This document shows, piece by piece, positions 38,229 through 48,919 of a DNA stretch of 64,000 nucleotides; the first letter of the stretch is position 1; the number at the start of each line of letters is the position of its first letter. Location: positions 5,993-69,992 of the forward strand of contig JARSSM010000016.1 of assembly GCA_029624735.1 (NCBI GenBank), in the 5' to 3' direction. The notes under the pieces were generated by a model that did not search any database, was not told where the DNA came from, and worked only from the letters and a program-made list of their open reading frames with translations. Both the position numbers and the translations under genes were made by a program. This stretch comes from Defluviicoccus sp. Its GTDB lineage: Bacteria > Pseudomonadota > Alphaproteobacteria > Rhodospirillales > Defluviicoccaceae.

Positions 38229-38720
38229 ATGGCAAAAGGTCCGGAATTGCCGAAGGTTACTGAGATGCTGTCGGATGTGTCGAAGATGGTGAGCGCGTTG
38301 GATCCGGCGAAGGCGGTCGACGAGCTGAACAAGCTCTTGGGGCAAATGAAGATTCCCGGCATTGACAGCGATGCCTTCGTTGCCGCGCAAAAGCGCAACC
38401 TGGAAGCCGTGACGTCGGCCAACCGGGCGGTCTTCGAGGGCTTTCAGGCGATCACGCGGCGCCAGGTCGAGGCCTTCCAGGAGACGATCGCCGAGGCGAC
38501 TCGCGCGGTCAAGGAGCTGGGGGCGAAGCCGTCGGCACCCGAGGCAGTGGCAAGGCAGGCCGACCTTGCGAAGCAGATGTTCGAGCGCACCATCGCCTCG
38601 ACCAAGGAGATCGTCGAGATCGCGTCGAAGGCGAGCCAGGACGTCGCGAATATCATGAATTCGCGCCTTGATGCGAGCGTGCAGGAACTGAAGGAAGTCT
38701 TGCAGAAGCCGCTGAAGTAA
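38229..38720 (+). CDS. phaP: Phasin (PHA granule-associated protein)
   Basis: KIPGIDSDAFVAAQKRNLEAVTSAN, Ala/Lys/Glu-rich helical composition; AGGAGG RBS. Confidence 0.8.
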   Translation: MAKGPELPKVTEMLSDVSKMVSALDPAKAVDELNKLLGQMKIPGIDSDAFVAAQKRNLEAVTSANRAVFEGFQAITRRQVEAFQETIAEATRAVKELGAKPSAPEAVARQADLAKQMFERTIASTKEIVEIASKASQDVANIMNSRLDASVQELKEVLQKPLK

Positions 38721-38746
38721 CCCGAGTACGCACACGAAACGAGCGC

Positions 38747-38777
38747 AGCCGCCCTCTTCCAAGGGCGGCTTTGCTTT
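38747..38777 (+). terminator. Intrinsic terminator after phasin
   Basis: AGCCGCCCT-cttcca-AGGGCGGCT followed by TTGCTTT. Confidence 0.7.
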
Positions 38778-38796
38778 ATCGGGGACTTGGGCCCGC

Positions 38797-39558
38797 TCAG
38801 TGGGCGAGGATCTGGCTTAGGAACTTCCGCGTTCGCTCGCTGCTGGGTGCCGTAAAGAAGGTTTCCGGCGGCGCCATCTCGACAATCGTGCCGCCGTCCA
38901 TGAACACCATGGTGTTGGCGACGGTGCGGGCGAAGCCCATCTCGTGGGTGACGACGATCATCGTCATCCCGCCTTCCGCCAGCTCGACCATGACATCCAG
39001 CACCTCCTTGATCATTTCCGGATCGAGTGCGGAGGTCGGCTCATCGAACAGCATGATCTGCGGCTGCATGCAGAGTGCGCGGGCGATGGCGACGCGCTGC
39101 TGCTGACCGCCGGACAACTGGCCGGGATACTTGTTCGCCTGTTCCGGAATGTGGACCCGGCCGAGGTACTCAAGGGCGATCCGCTGGGCTTCGGCCTTCG
39201 GCATCTTCTTGACCCACACCGGCGCCAGGACGAGATTCTCAAGCACGGTCAGGTGCGGGAACAGGTTGAAGCTCTGGAACACCATGCCGACGTCGCGGCG
39301 GACCCGCTCGACCGAGCGGACATCCGGCGTGAGCTCGGTCGCGTTCACGATCAGGCGGCCCTTCTCGTGCCGCTCCAAGCCGTTGACGCAGCGGATCAGC
39401 GTCGACTTGCCGGAGCCGGACGGGCCGCAGATGACGACCCGCTCGCCGCGGCGGACGGTCAGCGAGATGTCGTTGAGGACGTGAAAGCTGCCGTACCACT
39501 TGTGGACGTGCTCCAGCGTGATGGCTGGCGCCGTTTCCGGCCTTGATCCCTCGCTCAT
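38797..39558 (-). CDS. aapP: General L-amino acid ABC transporter ATPase
   Basis: [34 protein letters not shown]. Confidence 0.9.
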   Translation of the reverse strand: MSEGSRPETAPAITLEHVHKWYGSFHVLNDISLTVRRGERVVICGPSGSGKSTLIRCVNGLERHEKGRLIVNATELTPDVRSVERVRRDVGMVFQSFNLFPHLTVLENLVLAPVWVKKMPKAEAQRIALEYLGRVHIPEQANKYPGQLSGGQQQRVAIARALCMQPQIMLFDEPTSALDPEMIKEVLDVMVELAEGGMTMIVVTHEMGFARTVANTMVFMDGGTIVEMAPPETFFTAPSSERTRKFLSQILAH

Positions 39559-39577
39559 CGCTGCTTCCCGAAAAAGC

Positions 39578-40729
39578 TCATGCCCGCTTGGCCCCGGCCT
39601 CCAGCCTGCGTTCCAGGAACAGGCTGTAGCGCGACATGAAGAAGGAGAACGCCCAATAGATCAGGCCTGCGAACAGGTAACTCTCGACGTAGAACGGCCG
39701 CCAGGGTGGATCGGTCAGGGCAGTCTTGGCGGTCGTCAAGAGGTCGAACAGGCCGATGATGATGACCAGCGATGTATCCTTGAACATGCTGATGAACTGA
39801 TTGACGATCGGCGGGATGGCGATCTTGAGCGCTTGTGGCAGGATGATCAGCACCGTCTTCTGCCAGTAGGACAGCCCCAGCGCATCGGCCGCCTCGAACT
39901 GGCCGCGCGGGATCGACTGCAGGCCGCCGCGCACCGCCTCGGCCAGATAGGCGGCGGTGAACAGGACGATGCCGATCAGCGCCCGCAACAGCTTGTTGAC
40001 GGTCACGCCCTCGGGCAGGAACAGCGGCACCATCACCGAGGCCATGAACAAGACGCTGATCAGCGGCACGCCGCGGATCAGTTCGATGAAGCCGACACTA
40101 AGCGCGTGGACCGCTGGCATCTCCGACCGCCGTCCGAGGGCGAGCACGATCGAGATCGGAAAGGCGCAGACAATGCCGACCGCAGCCAGAATGAGCGTCA
40201 GCGGCAACCCGCCCCAGCGCTCGGTTTCGACGAACGTGAGGCCAAGCACGCCGCCCCACATCAGGAGCGCACAGATGCCAAGCGTGCAGACCCACAGAAC
40301 GGCGAGCCATGGCCGCCAGAAGCCGGGGTGGCACGAGACCGCGACGGCAACGACGAACAGTGCTACGGCGAGCAGCGGGCGCCAATGTTGGTCAAAGGGA
40401 TAGAGGCCGAACAGGATGAAGCGGTGCTTCTGTTCGATCAGCGCCCAGCACGCTCCTTCCGCGGCGCGGCATTGCGCCGGGTCGGCCGCTGACCAGACCG
40501 CCTCGACGAGCGCCCACTGAATAAGCGGCGGCACCGCGACGGCGAGGAGCGCGGCGCAGGCGATGGTGACCAGCGTGTTGGGAATGCTGGAAAAGAGGTT
40601 CGCCCGCATCCAGCCAAGGACGCTTCCGCGTGCCCGCGGCGGTGCCTCTTCCTTGTGCAGCCCGTCGACCGGCTCCTCTTCGCGGGCGAAGATCTCGTCC
40701 GGCGTTTCCGTCACCGGCGGCTGGCTCAT
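39578..40729 (-). CDS. aapM: General L-amino acid ABC transporter permease
   Basis: [44 protein letters not shown]. Confidence 0.88.
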   Translation of the reverse strand: MSQPPVTETPDEIFAREEEPVDGLHKEEAPPRARGSVLGWMRANLFSSIPNTLVTIACAALLAVAVPPLIQWALVEAVWSAADPAQCRAAEGACWALIEQKHRFILFGLYPFDQHWRPLLAVALFVVAVAVSCHPGFWRPWLAVLWVCTLGICALLMWGGVLGLTFVETERWGGLPLTLILAAVGIVCAFPISIVLALGRRSEMPAVHALSVGFIELIRGVPLISVLFMASVMVPLFLPEGVTVNKLLRALIGIVLFTAAYLAEAVRGGLQSIPRGQFEAADALGLSYWQKTVLIILPQALKIAIPPIVNQFISMFKDTSLVIIIGLFDLLTTAKTALTDPPWRPFYVESYLFAGLIYWAFSFFMSRYSLFLERRLEAGAKRA

Positions 40730-41934
40730 CGCGTGGCTCCTTTGAGCGCGATCCGGCGGTTGTGCCAGTTCATCAGTCCGGAGATGGAGAGGCTGACCGT
40801 CAGGTAGACCGCCATGATGATGGCGATCCCTTCGACGGCCTGGCCGGTCTGATTGATGGCGGTGTTGGCAACGCTGACGAGGTCGGGATAGCCGATGGCG
40901 ACGGCGAGCGACGAGTTCTTGATCAGGTTGAGGTATTGGCTCGTCAGCGGCGGGACGATGATGCGCATCGCCTGCGGCATGATGATCAGGCGCAGGACCA
41001 GGCCACGTTTCAGGCCGAGCGCGCCCCCGGCCTCGGTCTGCCCGCGCGGGACGGCGAGGATGCCGCCGCGCACGATTTCGGCGATGAAGGTGCCGGTGTA
41101 GGCGACGAGGCCGATCAGGAGAGCTGCGAACTCCGGTGTCAGGCGTCCGCCGCCCTGGAAGTTGAAGCCCTTGAGGGTAGGAGCGTCAATGTCGGTCGGG
41201 GCGCCGGCGGCAAGCCAGGCGAGCATCGGCAAGCCAACGATGAGGGCGAGGCCGATGCGAAAGGTCGGCAGGATCTTGCCGGTGCGTTCCTGCCGCCGCC
41301 GGCCCCATGCGGTGAGCGCTGCCGTTGCTGCGATCGCGACGGCAAGAGCCGCCAGTGCCAGCCCGAACGCGGGATCCCAGGCCGGCAGCGGCACAAACAG
41401 GCCTCGGTTGGTGAGATACACGCCGGGCAGCGGGTTGAGCGCTTGGCGCGGCAGCGGCAATCCTTCCGTGATCAAGGAGTACCAGAAGAACAGCTGCAAC
41501 AGGACGGGGATGTTGCGCAGGCTTTCGACGTAGAGCGCCGCCAGCTGCGCGACCAGCCAGTTGGGCGACAGCCGGGCGATGCCGGCGAGCGTGCCGAGGA
41601 TGGTCGCCAGCGCGATGCCGGCGACCGCGATCAGGAGCGTGTTCAACAGGCCGACGACAAGTGCCCGCAGGTACGAGTCGGCCGGGCTGTAGGCGATGGT
41701 TGCCTCGCTGATGCCGAAGCCGGCCTCGCGCTCAAGAAAGCCGAAGCCGGTCGCGATGTTGCGGCTCTCCAGATTGGCCAGCGTGTTGGAAACGAGATAG
41801 GACGCGAGCAGAACCACGCCGGCGACGACGAGGATCTGATAGAGAATGGCCCGACCGTGGCGCTCATTCCACCAAGCCACGCGGGCGGGCGCCGGCGGGC
41901 TGGCGTCGGGTGCAGGCGGCTGGCGCATCGTCAT
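40726..41934 (-). CDS. aapQ: General L-amino acid ABC transporter permease
   Basis: IATGFGFL, VGLLNTL, RNIPVLLQLFFW, YLNLIKNSSLA. Confidence 0.88.
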   Translation of the reverse strand: MTMRQPPAPDASPPAPARVAWWNERHGRAILYQILVVAGVVLLASYLVSNTLANLESRNIATGFGFLEREAGFGISEATIAYSPADSYLRALVVGLLNTLLIAVAGIALATILGTLAGIARLSPNWLVAQLAALYVESLRNIPVLLQLFFWYSLITEGLPLPRQALNPLPGVYLTNRGLFVPLPAWDPAFGLALAALAVAIAATAALTAWGRRRQERTGKILPTFRIGLALIVGLPMLAWLAAGAPTDIDAPTLKGFNFQGGGRLTPEFAALLIGLVAYTGTFIAEIVRGGILAVPRGQTEAGGALGLKRGLVLRLIIMPQAMRIIVPPLTSQYLNLIKNSSLAVAIGYPDLVSVANTAINQTGQAVEGIAIIMAVYLTVSLSISGLMNWHNRRIALKGATR

Positions 41935-41995
41935 CGCGAGGAGAGGCGGCCGCCCGCCGGCGCGTCGACGCCGGCCGGACGGCCATACCAGTCCG

Positions 41996-43015
41996 TCAGC
42001 GGATCGGCGCGGTGTACATCAGCCCGCCTTGCGTCCACAGTGCGTTCAAGCCGCGCGGCAGCTGCAGTTTCGAACCCATGCCGACGTTGCGCTCGAAGCT
42101 CTCGCCGTAGTTGCCGACTTGCTTGATGATGTTGTAGGCCCACTTCTCGTCAAGGCCGAGCGCCGCTCCCATTCCGGGCGTCACGCCGAGGAGGCGCTTG
42201 ACGGTCGGATCTGCACTGGTCATCGCCGCATCGACGTTGGCCGCTGTCAGACCCTTCTCCTCTGCTTCCACCATCGCCGCGATCGACCATTTCACCGCGT
42301 CGAACCACTGGTCGTCGCCATGGCGGACGACCACGGCGAGCGGTTCCTTGGAGATGATTTCCGGCAGGATGACGTGGTCGGCCGGCGCCGAGGCGTCGTT
42401 GGCGCGGATGGCGGCAAGCTGGGAGACGTCGGAGGTGATCGCGTCGCACCGGCCGGCGAAATAGGCGGCGGTGACCTCCTCGTACTTCTCGATCGTCACC
42501 GGTTTCAGCTCAAGCTTGTTGGCACGGAAGTAATCCGCAAGGTTAAGCTCGGTGGTGGTGCCGGTCTGCACGCACACGGTCGCGCCGGAGAGCTCCTTGG
42601 CGCTTTTCACGCCCAGGCTCTTGCGCACCATGAAGCCTTGGCCGTCGTAATAATTGACGTTCGTGAAGTTGAGGCCGTTGGCGGTATCGCGGGTGAGTGT
42701 CCAGGTCGTGTTGCGGGCGAGCATGTCGATCTCACCCGACTGCAGCGCCGTCAGGCGCGCCTGGGCGCTCAACGGGACGTAGCGAACCTTGTCGGCACTG
42801 CCGAGAACGGATGCCGCGACGGCCCGGCACATGTCGACATCGAGGCCCTTCCAGACGCCCTTCTCGTCCGGTGCGGCAAAGCCGAACAGGCCGGTGTGGA
42901 CGCCGCAAACGAGTTCGCCACGCGCCTTGACGGCATCGAAGGTCGGCCCTGCCTGGGCTTGGCCGCCGGCGAACAGGGCGATGGCGATGATACTGCTGGT
43001 GACGAACGCTCTCAA
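41996..43015 (-). CDS. aapJ: General L-amino acid ABC transporter substrate-binding protein
   Basis: TTG start after GGAGGA; RGELVCGV, LARNTTWT, YYDGQGF, ISKEPL, VGNYGESF, GGLMYTAPIR. Confidence 0.9.
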   Translation of the reverse strand: MRAFVTSSIIAIALFAGGQAQAGPTFDAVKARGELVCGVHTGLFGFAAPDEKGVWKGLDVDMCRAVAASVLGSADKVRYVPLSAQARLTALQSGEIDMLARNTTWTLTRDTANGLNFTNVNYYDGQGFMVRKSLGVKSAKELSGATVCVQTGTTTELNLADYFRANKLELKPVTIEKYEEVTAAYFAGRCDAITSDVSQLAAIRANDASAPADHVILPEIISKEPLAVVVRHGDDQWFDAVKWSIAAMVEAEEKGLTAANVDAAMTSADPTVKRLLGVTPGMGAALGLDEKWAYNIIKQVGNYGESFERNVGMGSKLQLPRGLNALWTQGGLMYTAPIR

Positions 43016-43098
43016 TCGATCCTCCATCCGCTGGTCCGCCGCTCTCGTGGCGATCGTGTCTCGCCGACGCGGCAGTTTTTCTCATGCGCGTCCGATCT

Positions 43099-43114
43099 TG
43101 CAACGATCGTGCCG
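43099..43114 (-). promoter_or_regulatory. Sigma54 promoter for aapJQMP
   Basis: Minus strand CGGCACG-ATCG-TTGCA (GG and GC correctly spaced), about 84 nt upstream of aapJ. Confidence 0.65.
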
Positions 43115-43603
43115 CCGCAAGCAATCGAAGAAAGCGCAATCAAGAGGTTCGATCGACTGAAAAAAGGCGCCTGCCAGAGGTGCCGGCCACACGCGGGGGC
43201 AGCGTGGCCGAGTGCGGTTAAGCGCGCGTGGCGATCACTGCGTCGCTAAAGCGCGCTTCTTTTTCTTACCACCACCATTTGTAGAGAATCTTGACGGAGC
43301 GTGCCGGAATCGAGAGGTCAGGCCGCGGATCGAACAACCCGAGATACCACTCCGTGACCGAGCAGGCTGCACTCAACCATTGCCCAGCTATCTCGCCCGC
43401 AAAATCCGCGGACATTTGACCACTCTCGTTCATCGCACGTCTCCCTGCTTGACACCAGGTTATCACTCTTAGATGGTTTGAAACACCAGTTTTTTTCGCT
43501 CATCAGCCATGCGAAAGGCGGCACAGCCTTAGCAGGCCGCGAAGGGGGACCGCGCGGCTGTGAAAGTCTTCTTGCCTATGCTTGCGGCTGCTATAAGCGG
43601 GCC

Positions 43604-44578
43604 ATGCTGACGGTCTACTCGCTGAGCGAAGGCGCCATCGCCGCGCAGTGCGTCCTCGCGGAGACGACGCTGCCGGAGCGGCCGCTGTGGGTTGACCTCA
43701 ACGAGCCGACTGCGGCCGAAGAAGCCCTGGTCGAGGCGGCGCTGGCGGTTGACGTGCCGACGCCGGAGGAGATGCGCGAGATCGAAACGTCAAGCCGCCT
43801 CTACCGCGAGGGGGCAGCGCTGGTGATGACGGCGAGCATTCTGTTCAACGTCGAAACCCCGGTGCCGGAAACGCGCGCGATCACCTTCATCCTCGTCAAC
43901 GGCGCGCTGATTACCGTGCGCTATTCGGAACCGCAACCGTTTCGCATCTTTCCGGCCTGGCTGCAAACACGGCCGGAGCTCAGCGTCTCGGCGGAAATGA
44001 CTCTGGTCGGCCTTCTCGACGCGATCATCGATCGTCTCGCCGACGCGCTGGAGATGGTCGACGGCACGGCGGGCCAGTTGTCGAAAGCGGTATTTGCGCC
44101 GCTGGACAAGGAGATCCCCCGCGCGCGCGATTATCGGCGCCAGCTTGAGGAGATCGGCCTCAATTCGATCCGCTGCTCGAAAGTGGATGAGAGCCTGGTC
44201 GGCCTGTCCCGCCTGCTGACGTTTCTGGACGCCAATCTGCGGCAGACAGGGAACAAGGAAGTCCGCCTGCGGATCAAGGACCTGCAGCGCGATGCCTTGT
44301 CCCTCTCGGCCTATGTCGAGCGGTTGTCGGAAAAGTTGCAGCTGTTGCTGGATGCCACGCTTGGCATGATCAACATCCGGCAGAACGCGATCATGCAGGT
44401 CTTTTCCGTGGTCGCCGTGGTGTTTATGCCGCCGACGCTGATCGCCAGTATCTACGGCATGAATTTCGAGGTCATGCCGGAGCTGAGCTGGCCGTGGGGT
44501 TACCCGGCCGCGCTCGGTTGCATCGTGGTCTCGGCGATCCTGCCGTATCTCCTTTTCAAGCGGCGCGGCTGGCTGTAG
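43604..44578 (+). CDS. corA: Magnesium transporter CorA family
   Basis: WVDLNEPT, EIETSSRLY, PPTLIASIYGMNF signature, C-terminal TM pair. Confidence 0.92.
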   Translation: MLTVYSLSEGAIAAQCVLAETTLPERPLWVDLNEPTAAEEALVEAALAVDVPTPEEMREIETSSRLYREGAALVMTASILFNVETPVPETRAITFILVNGALITVRYSEPQPFRIFPAWLQTRPELSVSAEMTLVGLLDAIIDRLADALEMVDGTAGQLSKAVFAPLDKEIPRARDYRRQLEEIGLNSIRCSKVDESLVGLSRLLTFLDANLRQTGNKEVRLRIKDLQRDALSLSAYVERLSEKLQLLLDATLGMINIRQNAIMQVFSVVAVVFMPPTLIASIYGMNFEVMPELSWPWGYPAALGCIVVSAILPYLLFKRRGWL

Positions 44579-44669
44579 GAGGCGTTGGCCGCGCGCCAAG
44601 CACGTGCAGCGGTATCGCGCCTGCAGGAAGGGCGCGCCAATGAAAGAGCACCGACGCTAGGGAGGTTTC

Positions 44670-46325
44670 ATGTCACCACACGCCACCGTTACGCCCGCCG
44701 CCGATCCGTTCGAGAGCGGGCTTGACAAGAATGCCGCCAATCATCAGCCGCTGACGCCGTTGGGCTTCATCCAGCGCGCGGCGCTCATCTATCCGCAGCG
44801 TCTCGCGGTCGTGCACGGAACCCGCCACTACACGTGGAGCGAGACCTACGCCCGCAGCCGCAAGCTCGCTTCGGCGCTCAGGCAGCACGGCATCGGCCGC
44901 GGCGACGTGGTGGCGGTCATGGCTGCCAACACGCCTGAGATGTACGAAGCGCATTTCGGCGTGCCGATGGCGGGCGCCATTCTCAACACGCTCAACACCC
45001 GCCTCGATGCAACCACCCTCGGCTACTGCTTGAAACACGGCGAGGCAAAGGCGCTCATCACCGACCGCGAGTTTGCCGGCCCGATCGGCGAGGCGCTGCG
45101 GCAAGCGGGACGTGAGCTGCTGGTAATCGAGATCGATGACGCGCTGGCCGCGACGCGTGGGACGCTTGCGGGTGCGCATGAGTACGAGGCGTTTTGCGCT
45201 GTCGGCGACCCGGACTTCGCCTGGGAACCGCCCGCCGACGAATGGAATGCGATCAGCCTCAACTACACCTCGGGCACGACGGGCGACCCCAAGGGCGTCG
45301 TCTATCATCACCGCGGCGCCTACCTGACCGCGATCGGCAATGTCCTGTCATGGCAGATGCCGCCGCATCCTGTCTATCTGTGGACGCTGCCGATGTTCCA
45401 CTGCAACGGCTGGTGTTTCCCGTGGACGGTTGCCGCCGTTGCCGGCGTGAACATCTGCCTGCGCGGCTTCACCGGTGAGACGATCTGGCGGGCGATTGGC
45501 GAGCACCGCGTTACCCATTTCTGCGGTGCGCCGATCGTGCTCAACATGGTTGCCAACACGCCAGCCGACCGGCGGCCGGCCATCGAGCATCAGGTCAACG
45601 TGATGACCGCCGCAGCGCCGCCGCCGGCCGCGACGCTCGAAGTGATGCAGCGGCAGGGCTTCCACGTCACCCACGTCTATGGTTTGACCGAAACCTACGG
45701 TCCGTCGGTCGTGTGCGCGTGGAAGGAGGAGTGGGACGGGCTGCCGATCGAAGAGCAGGCGACGCTCAAGGCGCGCCAGGGTGTGCGCTATCCGAACCTC
45801 GAAGACCTGGCCGTCATCGATCCTTTGACGATGGCGCAGGTTCCGCACGACGGCGAAACGATGGGCGAAGTGATGTTCCGCGGCAACGTGGTGATGAAGG
45901 GCTATCTGAAGGATGATCGGGCGACCGACGCCGGGCTGAAGGGCGGCTGGTTCCATTCCGGTGATCTCGGTGTCTGTCATCCGGACGGTTACATTCAGCT
46001 GAAAGACCGCTCCAAGGACATCATCATCTCCGGCGGTGAGAATATCTCCTCGATCGAGGTTGAGAACGTCCTGTTCAAGCATCCGGCCGTGCTGCTGGCC
46101 GCCGTGGTTGCCCGTCCCGACGAGAAATGGGGCGAAACGCCGTGCGCCTTCATAGAGCTCAAGGCCGATGCGCGGGTCAGCGAAGCGGAGATGATCGCCT
46201 TTTGCCGCGAGCACTTGGCACACTTCAAATGCCCGCGGCGGGTGATCTTCGGTGAGGTGCCCAAGACTTCAACCGGCAAGATCCAGAAGTTCAAGCTGCG
46301 TGCAGCAGCCCAGGGGTTGGCGTAG
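44670..46325 (+). CDS. AMP-dependent acyl-CoA synthetase
   Basis: YTSGTTGDPKG, TLPMFHCNGW, YGLTET, FHSGDL, DRSKDIIISGGEN, TSTGKIQK. Confidence 0.9.
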   Translation: MSPHATVTPAADPFESGLDKNAANHQPLTPLGFIQRAALIYPQRLAVVHGTRHYTWSETYARSRKLASALRQHGIGRGDVVAVMAANTPEMYEAHFGVPMAGAILNTLNTRLDATTLGYCLKHGEAKALITDREFAGPIGEALRQAGRELLVIEIDDALAATRGTLAGAHEYEAFCAVGDPDFAWEPPADEWNAISLNYTSGTTGDPKGVVYHHRGAYLTAIGNVLSWQMPPHPVYLWTLPMFHCNGWCFPWTVAAVAGVNICLRGFTGETIWRAIGEHRVTHFCGAPIVLNMVANTPADRRPAIEHQVNVMTAAAPPPAATLEVMQRQGFHVTHVYGLTETYGPSVVCAWKEEWDGLPIEEQATLKARQGVRYPNLEDLAVIDPLTMAQVPHDGETMGEVMFRGNVVMKGYLKDDRATDAGLKGGWFHSGDLGVCHPDGYIQLKDRSKDIIISGGENISSIEVENVLFKHPAVLLAAVVARPDEKWGETPCAFIELKADARVSEAEMIAFCREHLAHFKCPRRVIFGEVPKTSTGKIQKFKLRAAAQGLA

Positions 46326-46340
46326 GCCGAGGGCAGGGAC

Positions 46341-47261
46341 GTGGTGCAGGCGGGCGAGCCGGAGTCGCAGCAGGGATCGGCGCTAGTGCCGCCGATGAAG
46401 CCCGGCCCGGCTGCCCGCCTGCGCGCGCTGCTGGCCGAGAACCGCTTGTTGGCGATGCCTTGCTGCTTCGATGCCCTGTCGGCACGGCTGATCGAGGCGG
46501 CAGGGTTCGGCGTGACCTTCATGAGCGGCTTTGCGGTTGCCGCGGCACGGCTGGGCCTGCCTGACACCGGCTTGATGTGCTACGCCGAAGCACTCGACCA
46601 GGGGCGCTCGATCTGCCAGGCGGTCCGCATTCCGGTCATCGGCGATGCCGACACTGGCTACGGCAACGCGCTCAACGTCAAGCGCACCGTGCAAGGCTAC
46701 GCCGCAGCGGGTTTTGCCGGCGTAATGATCGAAGACCAGGTCTGGCCGAAGCGCTGCGGCCACACCCCTGGCAAGGCGGTGGTCGAGCGCGCGGAAGCCG
46801 TTGCCCGGATCCAAGCCGCCGTCGATGCCCGCAACGAGGGCCAGGACATCCTGATCGTCGCCCGGACCGATGCACGGGGGACCCATGGGCTCGGCGAGGC
46901 GATCGCACGCGCGGAAGCGTTTGCCGCGGCCGGGGCGGACATATTGTTCATCGAGGCGCCGGCCTCGGTTGACGAGATGGCGGCGCTGTGCCGCGCGGTT
47001 CCCGGCCGCCATCTCGCCAACATGCTCGAGGGGGGAAGGACGCCGATTCTCCCGCTCCAGCAGCTTGAAGAACTGGGCTTCGCGCTCGCCGCCTACCCAC
47101 TGACATTGTTGAGCGCGGCCGTCCGCGCGATGCGGGACGCACTCGCCGACCTCGGCCACGGCCGCGATCCGACGGCATGCCTGATGCCGTTCGACGAGCT
47201 GCGCCGGATCGTCGGCTTTCAGGCGTACGAAGAGGAAGAGAAGCGCTATCGGCAAGGTTGA
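46341..47261 (+). CDS. Isocitrate lyase/PEP mutase superfamily enzyme (start may be 46395)
   Basis: FDALSARL, DADTGYG, IEDQVWPKRCGH, ARTDAR. Confidence 0.85.
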   Translation: MVQAGEPESQQGSALVPPMKPGPAARLRALLAENRLLAMPCCFDALSARLIEAAGFGVTFMSGFAVAAARLGLPDTGLMCYAEALDQGRSICQAVRIPVIGDADTGYGNALNVKRTVQGYAAAGFAGVMIEDQVWPKRCGHTPGKAVVERAEAVARIQAAVDARNEGQDILIVARTDARGTHGLGEAIARAEAFAAAGADILFIEAPASVDEMAALCRAVPGRHLANMLEGGRTPILPLQQLEELGFALAAYPLTLLSAAVRAMRDALADLGHGRDPTACLMPFDELRRIVGFQAYEEEEKRYRQG

Positions 47262-47422
47262 ACGAGCATCGGACACCGGCGCCATCGCGCCATGGCTGGT
47301 TACGCGGCCTTTCAATGTTGCCGACTCCCGGTTAAGTACGGAGGCTTTCTGGAGCGGCGGCGGCCGCATCGGTCGGGGGAGGTGCGCCGTGCCTCGGCCG
47401 GCGGAAACGGTAACGGAATGAG

Positions 47423-48835
47423 ATGACGGTTACGGTTCGATTTGCACCTTCGCCGACGGGCTTTCTGCACATTGGGGCCGCGCGCACGGCGCTGTTCAAT
47501 TTTCTGTTCGCCCGCCGCCACGGCGGCAGCTTCTTGTTGCGGATCGAGGATACCGACCGTGCCCGCTCAACGCAGGCGGCGGTCGATACGATCCTCAATG
47601 GGCTGCGCTGGCTCGGCCTCGACTGGGATGGAGAGCCAGTCTATCAGTTCTCCCGTGCGCCGCGGCACGTGGATGCGGCCCGCCAGCTGCTTGCGGCCGG
47701 CAAGGCCTACCTCTGCTACGCCACGCCGCAGGAACTGGAGGAGATGCGCCGCGAGGCGCGCGCGCAGGGCCGCCCGGTGCGCTACGACGGGCGCTGGCGC
47801 GACCGCGATCCTTCGGAAGCGCCTGAGGGTGTGCCACCCGTGATTCGACTGCGGGCGCCGACTGCGGGCGAAACGCGGATCGATGACTTGGTGCAGGGCG
47901 CCGTGACCGTCCCCAACGAGCAGCTCGACGACATGGTGCTGCTGCGTGCCGACGGCACGCCGACCTACATGCTCGCTTGTGTCGTCGATGACTACGACAT
48001 GGCGATCACGCATGTCATCCGCGGCGATGATCACCTCACGAATACATTTCGCCAGTACCAGCTCTACCAGGCCTTCGGCTGGCCGGTGCCGCAGTTTGCC
48101 CACATCCCGCTCATCCACGGCGCCGACGGTCAGAAGCTCTCCAAGCGTCACGGCGCCGTCGGCCTGGAGGAGTACCGGCGCCAGGGGTTCCTGCCCGAAG
48201 CGGTGTGCAACTACCTGCTCAGGCTGGGCTGGAGCCACGGCAACGACGAGATCATCAGCCGCGAACAGGCAATCGCGTGGTTTGATCTCGACCACATCGG
48301 GCGTTCGCCGGCGCGCTTCGACATCGAGAAGCTGACGAGCCTCAATGCGCATTATCTGCGCAGCGCCGACCCGCGTCAGATCGTTCGTCTGCTGCTGGCC
48401 GAGCTCTCGCTGCGGTGCAACGGGACGCTTGCTCCAACGGCCGAAGAACGCCTAGAAAAAGGATTGGACAGCCTGCGCGAGCGTGCGAGGACCGTGAACG
48501 AGCTCTGTGCCAATGCCCGTTTCTACGCTGTCGACGGCGCCGTGACGCCTGACGCGGGCGCGGCGGCATTGCTGACGGCGGACGCGCGGGCGCGCCTCGG
48601 CACTGTGGTGAAGCTGCTCGGGCAGGTCCAGCCCTGGCGGGCGGAAGCGATCGAAGCGGTGACGCGGGAAGCGTGCGAAGTGCGAGGTTGGAAGCTCAAG
48701 GATATCGCGCAGCCTTTGCGGGCTGCCGTGACGGGCGCAAGGGTATCGCCGCCCCTGTTCGAGGTGATGGAGATCCTGGGTCGAGAGGAAACGATCGTGC
48801 GCGTCGAAGGCGCGGCTGGAGCCGAAGCGCCTTGA
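47423..48835 (+). CDS. gltX: Glutamate--tRNA ligase
   Basis: RFAPSPTGFLHIG, RIEDTD, VIRGDDH, KLSKR. Confidence 0.95.
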   Translation: MTVTVRFAPSPTGFLHIGAARTALFNFLFARRHGGSFLLRIEDTDRARSTQAAVDTILNGLRWLGLDWDGEPVYQFSRAPRHVDAARQLLAAGKAYLCYATPQELEEMRREARAQGRPVRYDGRWRDRDPSEAPEGVPPVIRLRAPTAGETRIDDLVQGAVTVPNEQLDDMVLLRADGTPTYMLACVVDDYDMAITHVIRGDDHLTNTFRQYQLYQAFGWPVPQFAHIPLIHGADGQKLSKRHGAVGLEEYRRQGFLPEAVCNYLLRLGWSHGNDEIISREQAIAWFDLDHIGRSPARFDIEKLTSLNAHYLRSADPRQIVRLLLAELSLRCNGTLAPTAEERLEKGLDSLRERARTVNELCANARFYAVDGAVTPDAGAAALLTADARARLGTVVKLLGQVQPWRAEAIEAVTREACEVRGWKLKDIAQPLRAAVTGARVSPPLFEVMEILGREETIVRVEGAAGAEAP

Positions 48836-48919
48836 TCGGCCAGGAAACAGCTCGGAGCGGGGCGCGTCGCGATCTATCTATTTTTGTGGTTTGGCTGGCG
48901 ATGCGAGGATGTGAAAGCA

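Noticed and set aside
37489-38235. ORFs of 77-144 aa in the MBOAT-phasin gap
   Set aside because: No family motifs, atypical composition, overlapping in several frames
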